Assembly (NCBI GenBank): GCA_038320275.1 | Contig: JBBQEB010000008.1 | Span: forward strand, 1 to 49,318 | DNA length: 49,318 nt | DNA from: Myxococcales bacterium | Lineage (GTDB): Bacteria; Myxococcota; Myxococcia; Myxococcales; Anaeromyxobacteraceae | Direction of reading: 5' to 3' | Shown here: positions 1-10,011 of the stretch, piece after piece | Numbering within the stretch: the first letter of the stretch is position 1 | Layout: each line of letters opens with the position of its first letter | Position numbers and translations under genes: made by a program | Notes under the pieces: model-generated | What the model was told of the DNA's origin: nothing | Database searches by the model: none | The model's input: the letters and a program-made list of their open reading frames with translations, nothing else

Positions 1-313
1 GGGGGGTGGGTAGTTGTCGCCCCTGTGTTTATTTTTACCCCCCCCCCCCCCCCGTCGTGGATGAGCACCAAAACCTGCGGATACGCCCGTGAATTCCGGT
101 GCGCCGCGCTCTCAGAGTGCGCAACGGCCGGTACGGCTGACCCAGGCTTCCGTGATGGGGTGGGTATCAGCGGCGGGGAAAAGCCCTGCCAACCCTGGAG
201 AATCGCACTGTCCGTCGGCATGGTTCTGCGGACCGCGATACCGGCATGCTTCACGCAAAGGCAAACGACCGGCGAGCGATTCCCCAGGAACGCCCCCCGG
301 AGACCATCTGCCC

Positions 314-847
314 ATGAACGACGCACGCACCTTGGCGCTCGGCGCCGCAGAAGACGCCCCGCCCGTCGGGCAGCAGCTCGCCGGGAAGTACATAACTTTC
401 AAGCTCGCTGGAGAGACGTACGGCCTCCAGATCGTGCAGGTGCGGGAGATCATCCGGCTGATGGAGATCACCCGCGTTCCGCGCGCGAGCGACCTCGTTC
501 GAGGCGTCATCAACCTCCGCGGCAAGGTCATCCCGGTGGTGGACCTTCGCCTCGCCTTCGGGCAGGCCCGCGCCGAGGCCACCGAGCAGACCGTCATCAT
601 CGTGGTGCAGTGCGCCGTCCACGGGCGAGATCTCACCATGGGGCTCCTCGTCGACGAGGTGCTGGAGGTGCTGTCCATCGACGCGGCCCACATCGAGGGG
701 CCGCCCTCTCTGGCGAACCTCGCGGTCGAGGAGAGCTTCATCCTCGGCGTCGGGAAGACCGAAGATCGCATCATCTTCCTGCTCGACATCGGGCGGGTGC
801 TGTCCGACGCGGAGGCGAGCGAGGTCAGCTCGGCGATCGCGGCGTAG
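314..847 (+). CDS. cheW: Chemotaxis coupling protein CheW
   Basis: KYITFKL..ETYGL.I..VREII...ITRVP....VRGVINLRGKVIPVVDLR CheW signature. Start moved to the in-frame ATG at 314 because the upstream part of ORF 89..847 does not look protein-like. Confidence 0.93.
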   Translation: MNDARTLALGAAEDAPPVGQQLAGKYITFKLAGETYGLQIVQVREIIRLMEITRVPRASDLVRGVINLRGKVIPVVDLRLAFGQARAEATEQTVIIVVQCAVHGRDLTMGLLVDEVLEVLSIDAAHIEGPPSLANLAVEESFILGVGKTEDRIIFLLDIGRVLSDAEASEVSSAIAA

Positions 848-919
848 GCGAACGCTTTCACGATCAGTCATTCACGCTGTCAACTGCGCGCGGCGCGAGC
901 CGGGCACGAGGGTCGAGCC

Positions 920-3121
920 ATGCTTGCGAACATGAAGACCGGAACGAAGATCCTGAGCAGCTTTGCGCTGGCGGTGGCCATCGCGGTGGTGGTGGGCGCG
1001 GTGGGGTACGTCAGCGCCGCGCGCATCGGCGATCGCCTGGAGGACGTGGCGGGGCATAAGTTTCCCTCCTCCACGACGCTCAACGTCATGAACGAGGCTC
1101 AGACGGAGGTGGGGCGCTCGATGCGCACCCTCCTGCTGCGCCGCGCCGGACCGGAAATGCGGCGCAACGCGCACACGTCGCTCGCCGTCGCCTGGAAGCG
1201 CATGGACGAGGCGGCCAGGCAGTACGAGAGCATCCCGCACGGCGAGGCGGCGCTGGCGAAGTGGAACGCCATGCGCGCGCCCTGGGCGGAGTGGCGGAGG
1301 GACAGCGAGCGCACCGTCGAGCTGGCAGCGGAGCGCGATCGGGCGGTAGAGCGCGGACTCTCCACCGACAGCGCACAGGTCCGGGCCCTGGACGAGCAGG
1401 GCTGGGCCGCCTTCGAAAAGGCCAGCCGGTCCTTCGGCCCGGCCACGGAGGCCATCACGGCGGTGCTGGAGCAGACGGCGAAGGACGTCGAGGCGGGCAA
1501 GAAGGCCGGAGAGGAGGCGGTCAAGGCGGCTTCGCTCGCCATCGCGGTGTCCATCGTGCTGGGCGCGGTGCTGCTCTTCGGGATCGGGTTCGTCCTTTCC
1601 CGGGGCATCGGCGGGACGCTGCGGGCGCTGCTCGGCGAGGCGGGAAAGCTCACCGAGGCGGTGCGGAACGGCCAGCTCGGCGTGCGCGGCGATCTGGCGG
1701 CGGTCTCGGCCGAGTTCCGGCCCATCGTGGCGGGCGTGAACGAGACCATGGAGGCCTTCAAGAAGCCGATCGAGGTGACGGCGAGCTACGTGGAGCGGAT
1801 CTCGAAGGGGGACCTGCCGCCGAAGATCACCGACGAGTACAAGGGCGACTTCAACCTCATCAAGGTGAACCTGAACACCTGCATCGACGCGCTGCACGCG
1901 CTGGTGACGGACACCAACAGCCTGGTGCAGGCGTCGATCGCGGGCCAGCTCTCGACCCGGGCCGATGCCTCGAAGCACCAGGGCGACTTCAAGAAGGTGG
2001 TCGCTGGCGTGAACGCGACGCTGGACGCGGTGCTGACGCCCATCCAGGAGGCCGCGCAGGTCCTGGAGAAGCTGGCGCAGCGCGATCTGCGGGCGCGAGT
2101 GGTGGGCGCGTACCAGGGCGACCACGCCAAGATCAAGGACTCGCTCAACGCGACCGGTGAGGCGCTGCACGAGTCGATGGCGCAGGTGGCCCAGGCGGTG
2201 ACGCAGGTGTCGGCGGCAGCGGGGCAGATCGCCTCGGCCAGCCAGGCGGTGGCGGATGGCGCCTCGGAGCAGGCGAGCTCGCTCGAGGAGACGAGCTCGT
2301 CCCTGGAGTCGATGGCGTCGATGACGAAGAGCTCCTCGGAGAGCGCGCAGCAGGCGAGCGTGCTGGCGCAGGGGGCGAAGTCGGCGGCGGCGAACGGCGG
2401 CGCGGCCATGGAGCAGATGACGGGCGCCATGCAGTCCATCAAGGCGTCGGCGGAGGGCACCTCGCAGATCATCAAGGACATCAACGAGATCGCCTTCCAG
2501 ACGAACCTCCTCGCGCTGAACGCGGCGGTGGAGGCGGCGCGGGCAGGGGAAGCGGGCCGGGGCTTCGCGGTGGTTGCGGAAGAGGTCCGCTCGCTCGCGC
2601 TGCGCGCCAAGGAGGCGGCCACCAAGACGGAGGAGCTCATCCGGCAGTCGGTGCGACAGGCGGTGGAAGGCGAGGTGACGGCCAAGCACGTGAACGAGCA
2701 GCTCGCCGAGATCAGCAGCTCGGTCACCAAGGTGAGCGAGATCGTAGCCGAGATCGCGGCCTCGTCGCGAGAGCAGTCCACCGGCATCGACCAGGTGAAC
2801 AAGGCCGTCTCGCAGATGGACTCGGTCACCCAGCAGAACGCGGCGTCGTCGGAGCAGGCCTCGTCCGCGGCGGCCGAGCTGTCCGGGCAGTCGGAGGAGC
2901 TGGCCGCCATGGTGGGCACCTTCCAGCTCGTGGGCGAGCGCACCGTGCGTCCCTCGGCGACCGTTGCCAACATCAAGTTCCAGGCGGCAGCTCCCAAGAA
3001 GCGCCCGGCCGGGTCGGCTACGGCCTTTCAGAAGCCCAAGGCACGGACCAATGGCGCCATCGCCCTCCGCCCCGAGGAGGTCATCCCCATGGACGGCGAC
3101 CCCACCTTCAAGGAGTTCTAG
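920..3121 (+). CDS. Methyl-accepting chemotaxis protein (helical periplasmic sensor, tandem HAMPs, C-terminal pentapeptide TFKEF)
   Basis: Two TM segments, HAMP-like repeats, hairpin-tip motif [34 protein letters not shown]; ends in an xFxxF pentapeptide. Confidence 0.95.
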   Translation: MLANMKTGTKILSSFALAVAIAVVVGAVGYVSAARIGDRLEDVAGHKFPSSTTLNVMNEAQTEVGRSMRTLLLRRAGPEMRRNAHTSLAVAWKRMDEAARQYESIPHGEAALAKWNAMRAPWAEWRRDSERTVELAAERDRAVERGLSTDSAQVRALDEQGWAAFEKASRSFGPATEAITAVLEQTAKDVEAGKKAGEEAVKAASLAIAVSIVLGAVLLFGIGFVLSRGIGGTLRALLGEAGKLTEAVRNGQLGVRGDLAAVSAEFRPIVAGVNETMEAFKKPIEVTASYVERISKGDLPPKITDEYKGDFNLIKVNLNTCIDALHALVTDTNSLVQASIAGQLSTRADASKHQGDFKKVVAGVNATLDAVLTPIQEAAQVLEKLAQRDLRARVVGAYQGDHAKIKDSLNATGEALHESMAQVAQAVTQVSAAAGQIASASQAVADGASEQASSLEETSSSLESMASMTKSSSESAQQASVLAQGAKSAAANGGAAMEQMTGAMQSIKASAEGTSQIIKDINEIAFQTNLLALNAAVEAARAGEAGRGFAVVAEEVRSLALRAKEAATKTEELIRQSVRQAVEGEVTAKHVNEQLAEISSSVTKVSEIVAEIAASSREQSTGIDQVNKAVSQMDSVTQQNAASSEQASSAAAELSGQSEELAAMVGTFQLVGERTVRPSATVANIKFQAAAPKKRPAGSATAFQKPKARTNGAIALRPEEVIPMDGDPTFKEF
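1745..2930 (+). repeat. Copy 1 of a ~1.19 kb near-identical repeat (MCP HAMP plus signalling domain)
   Basis: Matches 6476..7661 with the same offset (4731) at both ends; differences are scattered substitutions. Confidence 0.95.
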
Positions 3122-3190
3122 CCGCGGCTGGCCAGAAAGGACGCCTCGGTCATGCTCGATAACGCCCTGCTGCATGATCGAGGTGTGAGA

Positions 3191-5473
3191 ATGGCTGCAA
3201 GTGCTAAGGCGAGGTCCGCGTTTCCCGCACCCTTCGAGCCGGACCTCGTCCTCGACAGCATGCTGGAGCTGGCGGTCTTCCACGAGCTGGTGACGGGCCC
3301 CGACGGCAGGCCGGTGGACTACCGCATCCTGGAGTGCAATCCGGCGTTCACCCGCATCACGGGCATCGAGCGCTGGATGGCGGTGGGGCGCCTCGCCAGC
3401 GAGGTGTACGGGGGCCTTGCGCCTTACCTCGACACGTTCGCGCGGGTCGCGACGACGGGGAAGCCGTTCCGGTTCGACACCTACTTCGAGCCGCTCGACC
3501 GCCACTTCAGCATCTCGGTGGTCTCGCCGCGCCCGGGCTTCTTCTTCACCATCGCGAGCGACGTCACCGAGCGTCATCGCGCGGCCGTGGTCCTGCAGCG
3601 CTACGAGCTCCTCGCCCAGCACGGGCAGGACATAATGCTCTTCGTGCGCGCCGAGGATGGCAGGGTCCTGGAGGCAAACGCGGCCGCCTGCCTCGCGTAC
3701 GGCTACTCGCGCGGGGAGCTCCTCACGATGCGCATCGAGGCGCTGCGCCCGCCCGAAAGCGCTGACTTGGTCCTGGCGCAGCTTGCCCGGGCGCGGGAGG
3801 AGGGCCTTCGCTTCGAGGCGGTCCACGTCCGTAAGGACGGGACCCGCTTCCCGGTGGAGGTGACGACCAGCGCGGCTTCCCTGGGCGACGAGCGGGTCGT
3901 CGTGAGCGTCATCCGCGACGTCACGGAGCGGGCGGCCGCCCGCGACGCGCTCCGGCGCGGCGAGGCCGAGCTGCGGACCATCCTCGAGAACATCACGAGC
4001 GGGGTGGTGGTCGCCCACCTGGATGACAGCTTCATGCAATGGAATGCCGCCGCGCTCGCCATGCACGGGATCGCGGGGGATGCGGAGCCCCCGCGCACCT
4101 TCGCACAGCTTGCGCGGAGCTTCCCGGTCTTCGCGCCGGACGGCGCCAGGCTGAGCGACGAGGAGCGGCCGCTGGCGCGGGTCCTCCGCGGAGAGCACCT
4201 GCGGGACGTGGAGATCGAGGTCAGGCCCGTCGATGGCGGGTGGGCCCGCACCTTCAGCTACTCCGGAAAGCTCGTGCTGGATGCGGGCGGCAACCCTTCG
4301 CTGGCCGTCGTCACCATCCGTGACCGGACCGAGGAGCGCAAGCTGCACGCGCGGCTCGCCTCCGCGCAGAGGCTGGAGACGGTGGGGCGACTCGCCGGTG
4401 GCATCGCCCATGATTTCAACAACATCCTCACCGTCGTCCTGAGCTGCGCCGAGGCGATCAAGTCCGATCTGCGGCAGGGCATCCTTCCCAGCATGGAAGA
4501 GGTGGAGGAGATCGTGAGCGCCGGCTCCCGCGCCGCAGCGCTCACGAAGCAGCTCCTGGCCTTCGGACGGAAAGGGGTCATCGACCCCGCCACGGTCGAC
4601 CTGAACGACCTCGTGCGGGGGACGGAGAAGATGCTCCGGCGCACGCTGGGCGAGGACATCGTGCTCTCGACGGAGCTGCAGGCCGAGCTCTGGCCCACGA
4701 CCTGCGACGCTGGGCAGCTCGAGCAGGTGATCCTGAACCTCGCCATCAATGCTCGCGACGCCATGCCCGGCGGGGGACAGCTCACGCTCCAGACCCGGAA
4801 CATGGAGCCCGAAGCGCCGGACCGCGAGCCGGGCGGCGGCAGGGTGAGACTCACCGTCCGCGACACCGGCACCGGCATGTCGCCGGAGGTGAAGCGCCTC
4901 GCCTTCGAGCCCTTCTTCACCACCAAGCCCGTCGGACATGGAACCGGGCTCGGGCTTGCCACCGCGTACGGGATCGTCAAGCAGAGTGGTGGCTACATCC
5001 GGGTGGAGAGCGAGCCGGGCAAGGGTTCGGCATTCGACATCTACCTGCCCCGGGCCGCGGGGCCGAAGGTGGAGCGCGAGCGCCCGCAGCCGGCGCCGGC
5101 GCGGGGTGGAAGCGAGCGCATCCTTGTGGTGGAGGATGACAGCCAGGTGAGGGCCGTGCTGGTGGGGGCGCTTCGCGCGGGCGGCTACGACGTCATCGCG
5201 CGGTCGGGAGCGCGCGAGGCGCTGGAGCAGGGCGGGGCGGGCGGCGTTCAGCTCCTCGTCACCGACGTGATCATGCCCGAGCTGACGGGCCCGGCCCTCG
5301 CGGACGCCCTGCGCGCCCGCCATCCAGGGCTGAAGGTCCTCTTCGTCTCCGGTTACACCGGCGAGGCCATCGCGCGTCACGGCGTTCTCGAGGCGGGGGT
5401 GGAGCTGTTGTCGAAGCCTTTCACGCCGGCCGCGTTGCTGGCGCGCGTCCGGCAGGTGCTCGATAGCGCCTGA
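3191..5473 (+). CDS. Cytoplasmic hybrid sensor kinase (3 PAS-like domains, HisKA, HATPase, REC)
   Basis: H-box AHDFNNIL, N-box QVILNLAINARDAM, G boxes DTGTGM and FFTTK..G.GTGLGL, receiver LLVTDVIMP..KPF. ATG 3191 follows a GAGGTG RBS; alternative start 3152. Confidence 0.93.
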   Translation: MAASAKARSAFPAPFEPDLVLDSMLELAVFHELVTGPDGRPVDYRILECNPAFTRITGIERWMAVGRLASEVYGGLAPYLDTFARVATTGKPFRFDTYFEPLDRHFSISVVSPRPGFFFTIASDVTERHRAAVVLQRYELLAQHGQDIMLFVRAEDGRVLEANAAACLAYGYSRGELLTMRIEALRPPESADLVLAQLARAREEGLRFEAVHVRKDGTRFPVEVTTSAASLGDERVVVSVIRDVTERAAARDALRRGEAELRTILENITSGVVVAHLDDSFMQWNAAALAMHGIAGDAEPPRTFAQLARSFPVFAPDGARLSDEERPLARVLRGEHLRDVEIEVRPVDGGWARTFSYSGKLVLDAGGNPSLAVVTIRDRTEERKLHARLASAQRLETVGRLAGGIAHDFNNILTVVLSCAEAIKSDLRQGILPSMEEVEEIVSAGSRAAALTKQLLAFGRKGVIDPATVDLNDLVRGTEKMLRRTLGEDIVLSTELQAELWPTTCDAGQLEQVILNLAINARDAMPGGGQLTLQTRNMEPEAPDREPGGGRVRLTVRDTGTGMSPEVKRLAFEPFFTTKPVGHGTGLGLATAYGIVKQSGGYIRVESEPGKGSAFDIYLPRAAGPKVERERPQPAPARGGSERILVVEDDSQVRAVLVGALRAGGYDVIARSGAREALEQGGAGGVQLLVTDVIMPELTGPALADALRARHPGLKVLFVSGYTGEAIARHGVLEAGVELLSKPFTPAALLARVRQVLDSA

Positions 5474-5639
5474 CATCCGCCTGAGCGCGAGGAGCCGGCT
5501 CGCGCAAAGCGGCGCCCCGGTGGCTGAGTCCTGGTGTCTTGAACCCAGGGTCCATCGCGGCTCGCACCTGAACCCTGCGCGCCCCCGCGCGGATCTCGCG
5601 CCAGGCTGGCGAGCGGTGGACCGCAGGTTGCACCCTGAG

Positions 5640-5656
5640 CTGGCCCGGCGCTTGCG
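5640..5656 (+). promoter_or_regulatory. Putative sigma-54 (-24/-12) promoter
   Basis: CTGGCCCGGCGCTTGCG fits TGGC-N7-TTGC with exact spacing, about 30 nt upstream of the second MCP start. Confidence 0.6.
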
Positions 5657-5686
5657 GCTTTGCACCATCGGCAAAAGGGGGCAAGC

Positions 5687-7783
5687 GTGCGCAACCTGAT
5701 GAAACGTACCACCATCGTCGGGCGGCTCTGGGTCATCAGCGCCGTGGCGGGGCTCTGCCTTTTCTCGCTCGCCTGGTCTTCACTGCGCGTTCTGGAGGCG
5801 CGCACGCTCGCCGACCGCAAGGCGAAGGTGCGCGCCACCGTGGAGATCGCCTCGGCCCTCCTGGCGAGCCACGAGGAGCAGGTGAAGGCGGGAACGACGA
5901 CCCGCGCCGCAGCCCAGGCAGCGGCGAAGGACCAGCTGCGGGCGTTGCGCTACGAGGGCTCGGAGTATTTCTGGGTGAACGACCTCGAGCCGCGCATGGT
6001 GATGCATCCGCTGAAGCCTGCGCTCGACGGAAAGGATCTCTCCTCGTACGCGGACCCGGATGGCAAGAGGCTCTTCGTGGAGGCCGTCCGGACGGTGCGC
6101 GCCGGCCCGGAGAGGGCTGGGTTCCTGGCGTACCGCTGGGCGAAGCCGGGCCACGACGCGCCCGTTCCCAAGATCTCGTACGTGGCGCTGTTCGAGCCCT
6201 GGGGGTGGGTGGTTGGCTCGGGCCTCTACCTCGACGATCTCTCCTCCGAGCTGTCGCGCGAGCGGTGGAAAGCGCTCGCCTTCAGCGCGCTCGTCGCGGC
6301 GCTCATCTGGGCCGCGGTGACCCTGGTTGCCGCATCCATCGCCCGCAGCCTGCGCGGGCTGAGCGAGCAGGCGGTTCGCCTGGAAGCGGCCGTCACAGCG
6401 GGAGCGCTCGCCGACCGCGCCGATCCAGAGGCGGTGGACCGTGAGTTCATGCCGATCGTGGCGGCCATGAACGGCACCATGGAAGCTTTCAAGAGGCCGA
6501 TCGAGGTGACGGCGAATTACGTGGAGCGGATCTCGAAGGGCGACCTGCCGCCGAAGATCACCGACGAGTACAAGGGCGACTTCAACTTCATCAAGGTGAA
6601 CCTGAACACCTGCATCGACGCGCTGCAGGCGCTGGTGACGGACACCCATGGCCTGGTGCAGGCGTCGATCGCGGGTCAGCTCTCGACCCGGGCCGATGCC
6701 TCGAAGCATCAGGGGGAGTTCAAGAAGGTGGTCGCCGGCGTGAACGCCACGCTGGACGCGGTGCTGACGCCCATCCAGGAGGCCGCGCAGGTCCTGGAGA
6801 AGCTGGCGCAGCGCGATCTGCGGGCGCGGGTGGTGGGCGCCTACCAGGGCGACCATGCCAAGATCAAGGACTCGCTCAACGCGACCGGGGAGGCGCTGCA
6901 CGAGTCGATGGCGCAGGTGGCCCAGGCGGTGACGCAGGTGTCGGCGGCGGCGGGGCAGATCGCCTCGGCGAGCCAGGCGGTGGCGGATGGCGCCTCGGAG
7001 CAGGCGAGCTCGCTCGAGGAGACGAGCTCATCCCTGGAGTCGATGGCGTCCATGACGAAGACGTCCTCGGAGAGCGCGCAGCAGGCGAGCGTGCTGGCTC
7101 AGGGGGCGAAGTCGGCGGCGGCGAATGGCGGCGCCGCCATGGAGCAGATGAAGAGCGCCATGCAGTCCATCAAGGCGTCGGCGGAGGGCACCTCGCAGAT
7201 CATCAAGGACATCAACGAGATTGCCTTCCAGACGAACCTCCTCGCGCTGAACGCGGCGGTGGAGGCGGCGCGGGCAGGGGAAGCGGGCCGGGGCTTCGCG
7301 GTGGTTGCGGAAGAGGTCCGCTCGCTCGCGCTGCGCGCCAAGGAGGCGGCGACCAAGACGGAGGAGCTCATCCGGCAGTCGGTGCGACAGGCGGTGCAAG
7401 GGGAAGTGACCGCGAAGCACGTGAACGAGCAGCTCGCCGAGATCACCGGCTCGGTGATCAAGGTGACCGAGATCGTGGCCGAGATCGCGGCCTCGTCGCG
7501 GGAGCAGTCCACCGGGATCGACCAGGTGAACAAGGCGGTCTCGCAGATGGACTCGGTGACGCAGCAGAACGCCGCGTCGTCGGAGCAGGCGTCGTCCGCG
7601 GCGGCCGAGCTGTCCGGGCAATCAGAGGAACTGGCCGCCATGGTGGGCACCTTCCAGCTCGAAGGCGGGTCGCGCGCCGCGGAACCGGCTGCCGCGTTCG
7701 CCACGGCCCGCTCCCAGGCGGCGACTCCAAGGACGCGCTCCGCCCCGCCGCGCCGCAGGCCCGAGGTGCTCGACAGGGCCTGA
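5687..7783 (+). CDS. Methyl-accepting chemotaxis protein with single Cache (sCache_2-like) sensor
   Basis: LRY...EYFWVND...MVMHP...DPDGK and [17 protein letters not shown]ache_2 motifs plus MCP signalling domain. GTG 5687 follows AAGGGG; alternative ATG 5699. Confidence 0.93.
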   Translation: MRNLMKRTTIVGRLWVISAVAGLCLFSLAWSSLRVLEARTLADRKAKVRATVEIASALLASHEEQVKAGTTTRAAAQAAAKDQLRALRYEGSEYFWVNDLEPRMVMHPLKPALDGKDLSSYADPDGKRLFVEAVRTVRAGPERAGFLAYRWAKPGHDAPVPKISYVALFEPWGWVVGSGLYLDDLSSELSRERWKALAFSALVAALIWAAVTLVAASIARSLRGLSEQAVRLEAAVTAGALADRADPEAVDREFMPIVAAMNGTMEAFKRPIEVTANYVERISKGDLPPKITDEYKGDFNFIKVNLNTCIDALQALVTDTHGLVQASIAGQLSTRADASKHQGEFKKVVAGVNATLDAVLTPIQEAAQVLEKLAQRDLRARVVGAYQGDHAKIKDSLNATGEALHESMAQVAQAVTQVSAAAGQIASASQAVADGASEQASSLEETSSSLESMASMTKTSSESAQQASVLAQGAKSAAANGGAAMEQMKSAMQSIKASAEGTSQIIKDINEIAFQTNLLALNAAVEAARAGEAGRGFAVVAEEVRSLALRAKEAATKTEELIRQSVRQAVQGEVTAKHVNEQLAEITGSVIKVTEIVAEIAASSREQSTGIDQVNKAVSQMDSVTQQNAASSEQASSAAAELSGQSEELAAMVGTFQLEGGSRAAEPAAAFATARSQAATPRTRSAPPRRRPEVLDRA
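6476..7661 (+). repeat. Copy 2 of the ~1.19 kb MCP signalling-domain repeat
   Basis: Colinear with 1745..2930. Confidence 0.95.
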
Positions 7784-7829
7784 CATCCGTGCGCATCGTG
7801 GCGCCCTTTCCAACCTGAGGTGACCATCG

Positions 7830-9263
7830 ATGGCGACGGCGGCCGGGGACGCAGCGTCGGATGACCTGATCTCGGTGTCCGGCATGGACACGCTCCGCGC
7901 GCTCGAGCTGCTCCTCGAGCCGCTGGGGCGGCGAGAGTTCACGGTGCGGCTCTGGAGCGGGGAGACGCTGCCAGCGACCTCGGGCGCCGCCGCGCGCTTC
8001 ACGCTCGTGCTCACGCACCCCGGCTCGCTCCTGCGGATGTTCTGGCCGCCGGGCGAGCTCACCGCCGCCGAAGCCTTCGTCCGCGGGGACTGGGACGTGG
8101 AGGGCGACCTCATCGCCGCGCTCGGATTGCGCGACCGCCTGCGGCTCGCCCCGCGCGACCTCCTCGCCCTCCTGCCGCTCGCGCCCTCGCTCTTGCGGAC
8201 CGGCATCTTCGCGAAGTCTCCCGAGCGCGCGGCCGAGCTCCGCGGCGGGAAGCACACGCGATCCCGCGACGCACAGGCGGTACGCCATCACTACGAGGCC
8301 GGGAACGACTTCTACGCGCTCTGGCTCGACCGTCGCATGGTCTACTCCTGCGCCTACTTTCCCGATCCGGGCACGACGCTCGACCGGGCCCAGGAGGCGA
8401 AGCTGGAGCTCGTCTGCCGCAAGCTCCGGCTCGAGCCGGGCGATCGGTTGCTCGACATCGGCTGCGGGTGGGGCGGGCTCGCCACCTGGGCGGCGGAACG
8501 CCACGGCGCGTCCGTGGTGGGTATCACGCTCAGCGATGCGCAGGCGGAGCTGGCGCGGGAGCGGATCGAGGCGCTCGGGCTCGAAGCGCGCTGCCGCGTG
8601 GAGGTGACCGACTATCGGGAGCTGGCCGGCGAGACGTTCGACAAGGTCGTGAGCGTCGGCATGGTGGAGCACGTGGGCGTGGCGCGGCTCCCGCTCTACT
8701 TCGAGCAGGCGACCCGGCTGCTCCGGCCGGGCGGGCTCTTTCTCAACCACGGGATCTCGCCGGCGGTCCCCCGCGACGACAGCCTCCGCAGCAAGATCTT
8801 CCGCGAGGGCGGCTTCGTGCAGAAGTACGTCTTCCCCGACGGCGAGCTGCCCTTCCTGCACGAGACGGCCGCTGCGGCGGTGGAGGCGGGGCTGGAGCTG
8901 CGCGATGTGGAGTCCTTGCGCGAGCACTACGCCCTCACCCTGCGCCACTGGCTCGCGGGCCTGGAAGCGCGGCGCGCGGAGGCGGAGCAGCTCGTCGGCA
9001 GCACCACCTACCGCATCTGGAGGCTCTACCTCGCCGGCGCGGCCTGCGACTTCGAGCGTGCGCAGAACACCATCTTCCAGTCGCTCTACGTGAAGTCGGA
9101 AAAGGGGCGGAGCGGCCTGCCGCTCACCCGCGAGGGTTGGTACGAGCGGCCCATCCTGGCGCGGGAGGCAGACCCAGCGGGAGCTGCGAAGAAGCCCCGG
9201 CCGAAGGCGAGGAGGACGCCGGCGCGCAACGCGAAGGGACCCTCGAAGCGCGCCCGGTCGTAG
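7830..9263 (+). CDS. cfa: Cyclopropane-fatty-acyl-phospholipid synthase family methyltransferase
   Basis: HHYEAGNDFY..WLD..MVYSCAYF, LLDIGCGWGG, VGMVEHVG, KYVFPDG and HYALTL..W motifs. Confidence 0.9.
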   Translation: MATAAGDAASDDLISVSGMDTLRALELLLEPLGRREFTVRLWSGETLPATSGAAARFTLVLTHPGSLLRMFWPPGELTAAEAFVRGDWDVEGDLIAALGLRDRLRLAPRDLLALLPLAPSLLRTGIFAKSPERAAELRGGKHTRSRDAQAVRHHYEAGNDFYALWLDRRMVYSCAYFPDPGTTLDRAQEAKLELVCRKLRLEPGDRLLDIGCGWGGLATWAAERHGASVVGITLSDAQAELARERIEALGLEARCRVEVTDYRELAGETFDKVVSVGMVEHVGVARLPLYFEQATRLLRPGGLFLNHGISPAVPRDDSLRSKIFREGGFVQKYVFPDGELPFLHETAAAAVEAGLELRDVESLREHYALTLRHWLAGLEARRAEAEQLVGSTTYRIWRLYLAGAACDFERAQNTIFQSLYVKSEKGRSGLPLTREGWYERPILAREADPAGAAKKPRPKARRTPARNAKGPSKRARS

Positions 9264-9304
9264 GGACGCTGGCCCGTGAAGCCGGATGATCCTACAGTCT
9301 GCTC

Positions 9305-9601
9305 ATGCGGCGCGATCAGGCGATTGCAACTCTGCGCGGCCATTTGCCGGCCATGCGGCGCGAGTTCGGGGTCCGGCGGCTGGCGCTGTTCGGCTCGACC
9401 GCTCGGGACGAGGCGCGAGAGGACAGCGATCTCGACATCCTGGTGGAGTTTGATCGGGGTCCTAGGTTCCTCACGTTCATGGGGCTGAAAGTCTTCCTCG
9501 AAGATCACGTCGGGACAAGAATCGACCTTGTCACGCCCGATGCACTGAAGCCCGCGATGCGGCCCACGGTCGAGCGTGAGGCTGTGGACGTGGCGTCGTG
9601 A
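9305..9601 (+). CDS. Minimal nucleotidyltransferase (MNT) antitoxin, MntA-like
   Basis: LFGSTARDEAREDSDLDILV = GS-x10-DxD; 98 aa; stop overlaps the next start (GTGA). Confidence 0.9.
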   Translation: MRRDQAIATLRGHLPAMRREFGVRRLALFGSTARDEAREDSDLDILVEFDRGPRFLTFMGLKVFLEDHVGTRIDLVTPDALKPAMRPTVEREAVDVAS

Positions 9602-9948
9602 GCCAACGGGACTGGCGGCTCTACGCGCAAGACATCCTGCTTGCGTGTGACAAAATTCGTCGGTTCGTGGCCGGCAAGTCCTGGGAAGCCTTTCAGGCGG
9701 ACGACCTCCGGCAAGACGCAGTCATGCGCAACATCGAGATCATCGGAGAGGCTTCCGCGCACCTCCCGAAAGAGGTGACTGCGACCGTGCCGGAAGTTCC
9801 CTGGCGCCTGGTCATCGGGATGAGGAACATTCTCGCTCACGCCTACTTTGGCGTGTCACTCGAGATCATCTGGGACGCAGCGATCACGCAGGTGGCCCCC
9901 ATCGAAGCCGCCGTCCGCAAGATCCTCGAGCAAGAACCGACGCCGTGA
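9598..9948 (+). CDS. HEPN (DUF86) ribonuclease toxin, HepT-like
   Basis: RNIEIIGEA and MRNILAHAY (R-x4-H-x-Y) motifs; translationally coupled to the MNT gene. Confidence 0.9.
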   Translation: MSQRDWRLYAQDILLACDKIRRFVAGKSWEAFQADDLRQDAVMRNIEIIGEASAHLPKEVTATVPEVPWRLVIGMRNILAHAYFGVSLEIIWDAAITQVAPIEAAVRKILEQEPTP

Positions 9949-10011
9949 TCCCGAGCCGTATGACGAGAAAGGCCGCCCGGGGACGCGTAGGGTCGCCTCG
10001 GGCCGCGCCGT

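Noticed and set aside
1..55. G-run, T-run and long poly-C tract at the window start
   Set aside because: Looks like low-quality contig-end sequence; no support for a phase-variable tract.
250..305. TCACGCAAAGGCAAAC upstream of cheW resembles the 5' part of a c-di-GMP-I riboswitch
   Set aside because: The GNRA-capped stem and downstream GACGCAAAGC element are missing; a cmscan hit would be needed.
5536..5556. CTTGAACCCAGGGTCCA resembles the 3' motif of 6S RNA
   Set aside because: No matching 5' strand or long rod structure is evident; a short match only.
872..5674. 1600-aa minus-strand ORF
   Set aside because: Antisense shadow of the MCP and kinase genes caused by high-GC codon bias; no recognisable domains.
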